Of a DNA stretch of 52,887 nucleotides, positions 49,059-52,887 are shown piece by piece. The notes beneath the pieces were generated by a model, which did no database searches, had not been told where the DNA came from, and was given only the letters and a program-made list of their open reading frames with translations. The stretch comes from an uncultured Eubacteriales bacterium (GTDB lineage: Bacteria; Bacillota; Clostridia; Christensenellales; RUG350): the NCBI GenBank assembly GCA_900315995.1, contig ONBF01000011.1, positions 1 to 52,887 on the forward strand. Reading direction: 5' to 3'. The stretch's first letter is position 1, and every line of letters starts with the position of its first letter. Made by a program: the position numbers and the translations under genes.

Positions 49059-50627
49059 ATGAAAAATTTAACGGGATTGATTATTTTGGACGGGTTCGGG
49101 TACTCGAACGCCAACGACGGTAACGCCGTCAAAGCGAGCGGAACGCCTTATATCAAATCACTTTTAAGCGCATATCCGAATACTTTGATAGGCGCAAGCG
49201 GTATGGACGTCGGACTTCCCGACGGGCAGATGGGCAACTCGGAAGTCGGACATCTCAATATGGGCGCGGGACGCGTGGTGTATCAAGATTTAACCAAGAT
49301 TACGAAATCGATACAAGACGGCGACTTTTTCAAAAACGTCGCGCTGTTAAAAGCCGTCGATAACGCGGTAGATAATAATAAGCGTTTACACTTATACGGG
49401 CTTTTGTCAACGGGCGGAGTCCACAGCCACATAACGCATTTGTTTGCGCTTCTGAAACTTGCCGAAAACAAGGGCGTTAAAGAGACGTATATACATTGCT
49501 TTATGGACGGACGGGATACCGATCCGCAGTCGGGTAAAGATTACATCAAAGAGCTTCAAGCCGAAATCAAGCGTATCGGTTACGGCAAAATTGCCTCCGT
49601 TTGCGGAAGATATTACGCAATGGACAGAGATAATAACTGGGACAGAGTGGAGCTTGCATACGATATGCTTACGCTTGGCACGGGAATTAAGGCGGACGAC
49701 GCCGTACAAGCCGTAATCGACAGTTATAACAACGGTAAGACGGACGAGTTTATTCTGCCTACCAATATTTGCGAAAACGGTAAGCCGATAGGGCTTATCG
49801 GCAAAGGTGATTCGATAATATTCTTTAATTTCCGTCCCGACCGCGCAAGACAGATAACGCGCGCTTTTTCGCAAAGCGAGTTTACGCCGTACGTTGACGC
49901 CGACAGCGGCAAGAAGATGTACTTTGAGCGTAAGTCGGGGTATCTTGCGCCCGTATATACGGGCTTTGCGGTATATGACGCGTCGTTTAAGAACGTAAAC
50001 GTAGCGTTTCCGCCCGACGAAATCAACAATACTCTGCCGCAATATCTTGCAAGCAAAGGCTTGAAGCAGTTGCATATTGCCGAGACAGAAAAGTATGCCC
50101 ACGTAACGTTTTTCTTTAACGCGAAAATCGAAACGCCCGTTAAGAACGAAACGCGAATAGTGATACCGTCGCCGAAAGTCGCGACGTATGACATTAAGCC
50201 CGAAATGAGCGCGTTTGAAGTCGCGGATAAAACGGTTAGCGAATTGAGTACGGGCGAGTATGACGTGCTGATATTGAATTTCGCAAACTGCGATATGGTA
50301 GGTCATACGGGAGTGTTCGATGCGGCTGTCAAAGCGGTGGACGCGGTTGATAAATGCACCGAGAAAGTAGTCGAAAAGATTCTTTCGATGGGCGGCAACG
50401 TAATAGTGACCGCTGACCACGGCAACGCCGAAAAGATGACGGACGAACACGGTAATCCGTTTACCGCGCACACGACTAACAAAGTACCTTTTATAATAGT
50501 CGGCGAGAAGTTCAAAAACGCGAAACTGTACGACGACGGAAAACTGTGCGACGTTGCGCCTACGCTTCTTTATATGATGGGACTTGATAAGCCCGAAGAG
50601 ATGAGCGGAAAATCTTTGATAAAGTAG
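49059..50627 (+). CDS. gpmI: 2,3-bisphosphoglycerate-independent phosphoglycerate mutase
   Basis: ILDGFG, MGNSEVGH, GRYYAMDRD, ETEKYAHVTFF, DMVGHTG, ADHGNAE, TAHT. Confidence 0.98.
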   Translation: MKNLTGLIILDGFGYSNANDGNAVKASGTPYIKSLLSAYPNTLIGASGMDVGLPDGQMGNSEVGHLNMGAGRVVYQDLTKITKSIQDGDFFKNVALLKAVDNAVDNNKRLHLYGLLSTGGVHSHITHLFALLKLAENKGVKETYIHCFMDGRDTDPQSGKDYIKELQAEIKRIGYGKIASVCGRYYAMDRDNNWDRVELAYDMLTLGTGIKADDAVQAVIDSYNNGKTDEFILPTNICENGKPIGLIGKGDSIIFFNFRPDRARQITRAFSQSEFTPYVDADSGKKMYFERKSGYLAPVYTGFAVYDASFKNVNVAFPPDEINNTLPQYLASKGLKQLHIAETEKYAHVTFFFNAKIETPVKNETRIVIPSPKVATYDIKPEMSAFEVADKTVSELSTGEYDVLILNFANCDMVGHTGVFDAAVKAVDAVDKCTEKVVEKILSMGGNVIVTADHGNAEKMTDEHGNPFTAHTTNKVPFIIVGEKFKNAKLYDDGKLCDVAPTLLYMMGLDKPEEMSGKSLIK

Positions 50628-50636
50628 GAGAGAATA

Positions 50637-51587
50637 ATGCCGAACGTCAAGACGATTTACTTAGTTGTTCCGTGTTATAACGAAGAAGAAGCTTTGCCCG
50701 ATTCGGCTGTAAGGCTCAAAGAGCTATTTTATAATATGATTGCGGACGGTAAAATTTCCGACAGCAGTCGCATAATGCTTGTCAACGACGGAAGTAAAGA
50801 CAAGACGTGGGATATAATTCAATCTTTGCACGCGGAAGATAAACTGTTTGCGGGACTTTGTTTATCCCGTAACCGCGGACATCAAAACGCAGTGCTTGCG
50901 GGGCTTATGACTGCCAAGAATTATTGTGACGCCGCTATCTCGATTGATGCCGATCTTCAAGACGATATAGAGACTGTTCCGAAGATGGTAGACGAGTTTT
51001 ATGCGGGTAACGATATTGTGTACGGCGTGCGCTGCTCGCGGAAAAAAGATTCCTTATTCAAACGCATGACGGCGCATTGCTTTTATAAACTTTTGAAAAA
51101 ATTCGGCGTCGATATAATCTATAATCACGCGGACTACCGTCTTATGAGTAAACGCGCACTGGACGCACTCGAAGAATTTCCCGAAGTCAACCTGTTTCTG
51201 CGCGGAATCGTTCGTATGATAGGTTTTCCGTACTCGACAGTCGAGTATGAAAGAAAGGAGCGTACGAAAGGCGAGAGCAAATATCCGTTTAAGAAGATGT
51301 TACATCTTGCAGGTGACGGAATCACTTCGTTCAGCGTGGAGCCTATCAAAATGATTACGAGGTTCGGGATATTCTTCACGATAGTCGGTTTTCTTGCGTT
51401 TGCCGCGTTGCTTGTCTTGTATATCTTAAATATCGTAGCTCCGATATGGTCTATTATTTCGTTTACAGCGTTTATGGGCGGAATACAGCTTATAGCAATC
51501 GGCTTAGTCGGAACGTACGTCGGCAAGACGTATCAGGAGACGAAAAGAAGACCTAAATATATAATACAAGATTTACTGTTGAAATAG
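50637..51587 (+). CDS. GT2 polyprenol-phosphate glycosyltransferase (GtrB/DPM1-like)
   Basis: VVPCYNEEE, NDGSKD, LSRNRGHQ, IDADLQD, ADYRLMS, two C-terminal TMs. Confidence 0.92.
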   Translation: MPNVKTIYLVVPCYNEEEALPDSAVRLKELFYNMIADGKISDSSRIMLVNDGSKDKTWDIIQSLHAEDKLFAGLCLSRNRGHQNAVLAGLMTAKNYCDAAISIDADLQDDIETVPKMVDEFYAGNDIVYGVRCSRKKDSLFKRMTAHCFYKLLKKFGVDIIYNHADYRLMSKRALDALEEFPEVNLFLRGIVRMIGFPYSTVEYERKERTKGESKYPFKKMLHLAGDGITSFSVEPIKMITRFGIFFTIVGFLAFAALLVLYILNIVAPIWSIISFTAFMGGIQLIAIGLVGTYVGKTYQETKRRPKYIIQDLLLK

Positions 51588-51829
51588 GAAGAAGACATAA
51601 TAAATCGACTTTTTCAATTTGCAAAAGAAGATTAAATTTTAATTTTAGTTTTTTTAATCGATATATTTCCAGCAACAGTGACATGGATTTGTATTAGGAT
51701 AAGTACACATCTAAATGCTATGATTAAAAATATATAAAATAGTTTGCAAGTTTATTTTAAAAATCTTGTTAAAAAGATAGCTTTTTAAATTTTTTTATTA
51801 TATAATTAGTCTCGTAAAGGAGATGTAAA

Positions 51830-52887
51830 ATGAATCTTAAAAGTCAACAACTACGAAGTGATTTAAGTTTGGAAATAGATTTTGACCAAACATTAACTCC
51901 AAATCAGATTAAAGAAAAACTTATTACTTTACTGGGAAAAGAAAATATTTCAGAAGAAATGATTGCAAATAGAAAAGCATTAGTTTATGCGAATAATAGT
52001 GGAATAAAAGAAGTGATTTTATTTGCTAATATTTCATATTTAGGTGGAGATGGTGCGCATCCAATATTTAAAAAGAGAATCCAACTACAAAAATCTTTTA
52101 AAGATGTTGCACTTGCTGTTGCTAATAATTCTAAATACTTTGTTAGGTTTTTAGGCGTTTATCATTATAAAGGCAATATAGTTTTTGTTGATTTTGTTAA
52201 AGATACTTATTTAAATAAGAAAATGCACAATTCAGCTGCGCATGTTTATATTAATGACTTATATCAAGGCATGAAAAATGGCATTTTTAAGAAGATAGAT
52301 AGAAATGGTAATTTATTATATGTTATAAAATATACAAAATTAAAAGATTATTTAGATAATAATATTGTTGTGAAAAATAATATAACTAAAATATTTGATA
52401 TGTTTACGAAATTTAATTATGGCTTTCCATTTGGTCAATGGTTACAAGCTATAAAATGTGTTGAAGAAATGAGGGATAGGTCATGGTCTCAATGGGCTCA
52501 ATCTGAATGGGCTGGTTGGTATCTAGAATATAGATTTTATCATTACACACAAGATAATGATACGGAAATTTATTGTAAATATATTAGACAAAAACGTAAA
52601 TCAGATTTTGATTTATGGTTTAATGAAGTTTCTTTCTATGGAGATTTAAAATCCGAAAGCATATCTTCTTCTGCTATTCTCGGCAATGACAAGGAAAGTG
52701 TTTTGGAAGCAATAAATACTTATGATAAATTTTGGTATGTTGTATATGAACATGAAACGATAAAAGACAAAGATAAAAATTATGAAGCGAGTGAGTTCAT
52801 AAATAAATTAAAATTCTATAATGGTAAATGGCCAAAAGGAAAAGCATTTGACTCTCATTCATACGGAGATAAGTTAAAGCACTCAAT
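51830..52887 (+). CDS. putative restriction endonuclease (PD-(D/E)xK), truncated by the window end (not in ORF track)
   Basis: AAAGGAG RBS; open frame to the window edge: MNLKSQQLRSD...YLGGDGAHPIFKKRIQ...NSAAHVYINDL...WAQSEWAGWYLE...DFDLW...FYGDLKS; strongly AT-rich. Confidence 0.65.
   Translation, partial: MNLKSQQLRSDLSLEIDFDQTLTPNQIKEKLITLLGKENISEEMIANRKALVYANNSGIKEVILFANISYLGGDGAHPIFKKRIQLQKSFKDVALAVANNSKYFVRFLGVYHYKGNIVFVDFVKDTYLNKKMHNSAAHVYINDLYQGMKNGIFKKIDRNGNLLYVIKYTKLKDYLDNNIVVKNNITKIFDMFTKFNYGFPFGQWLQAIKCVEEMRDRSWSQWAQSEWAGWYLEYRFYHYTQDNDTEIYCKYIRQKRKSDFDLWFNEVSFYGDLKSESISSSAILGNDKESVLEAINTYDKFWYVVYEHETIKDKDKNYEASEFINKLKFYNGKWPKGKAFDSHSYGDKLKHS

Noticed and set aside
1-52887. CRISPR array, rRNA, IS/transposase
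   Set aside because: No regularly spaced repeats, rRNA-like sequence or transposase motifs seen.

Overview
Mostly core chromosome of a spore-forming Clostridia-like (Bacillota) bacterium. Core content: tRNA-Gln(CTG), a GGGtGRT/NifU-like pair, addB-addA, glmS/glmU-like/glmM/pgi, leuS, two Na/Pi cotransporter paralogues, yabM-yabN-dusB, pgk, serS-dapF, a cobalamin riboswitch with ECF-type B12 uptake genes, recF, spmAB, tpiA-gpmI and a GT2. Three accessory blocks stand out. (1) An intact, tightly coupled six-gene operon (17887-22136) of phage tail-tip/BspA-LRR and membrane proteins, with no capsid, terminase or integrase nearby. (2) A secreted papain-fold peptidase followed by two diversified tandem lipoproteins, behind a promoter with a G-tract in its spacer (42191-44690). 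(3) The start of an AT-rich island with a PD-(D/E)xK restriction-like gene at the right edge. Other points of note: two unannotated small ORFs with forespore-type promoters, several apparently leaderless genes, a GlmU lacking a functional uridyltransferase domain, a nitrilase-fold pseudo-enzyme, and two genes (addB, one Na/Pi transporter) broken by deletions that may be real or assembly artefacts. All calls come from motif recognition by eye; no database searches were run.
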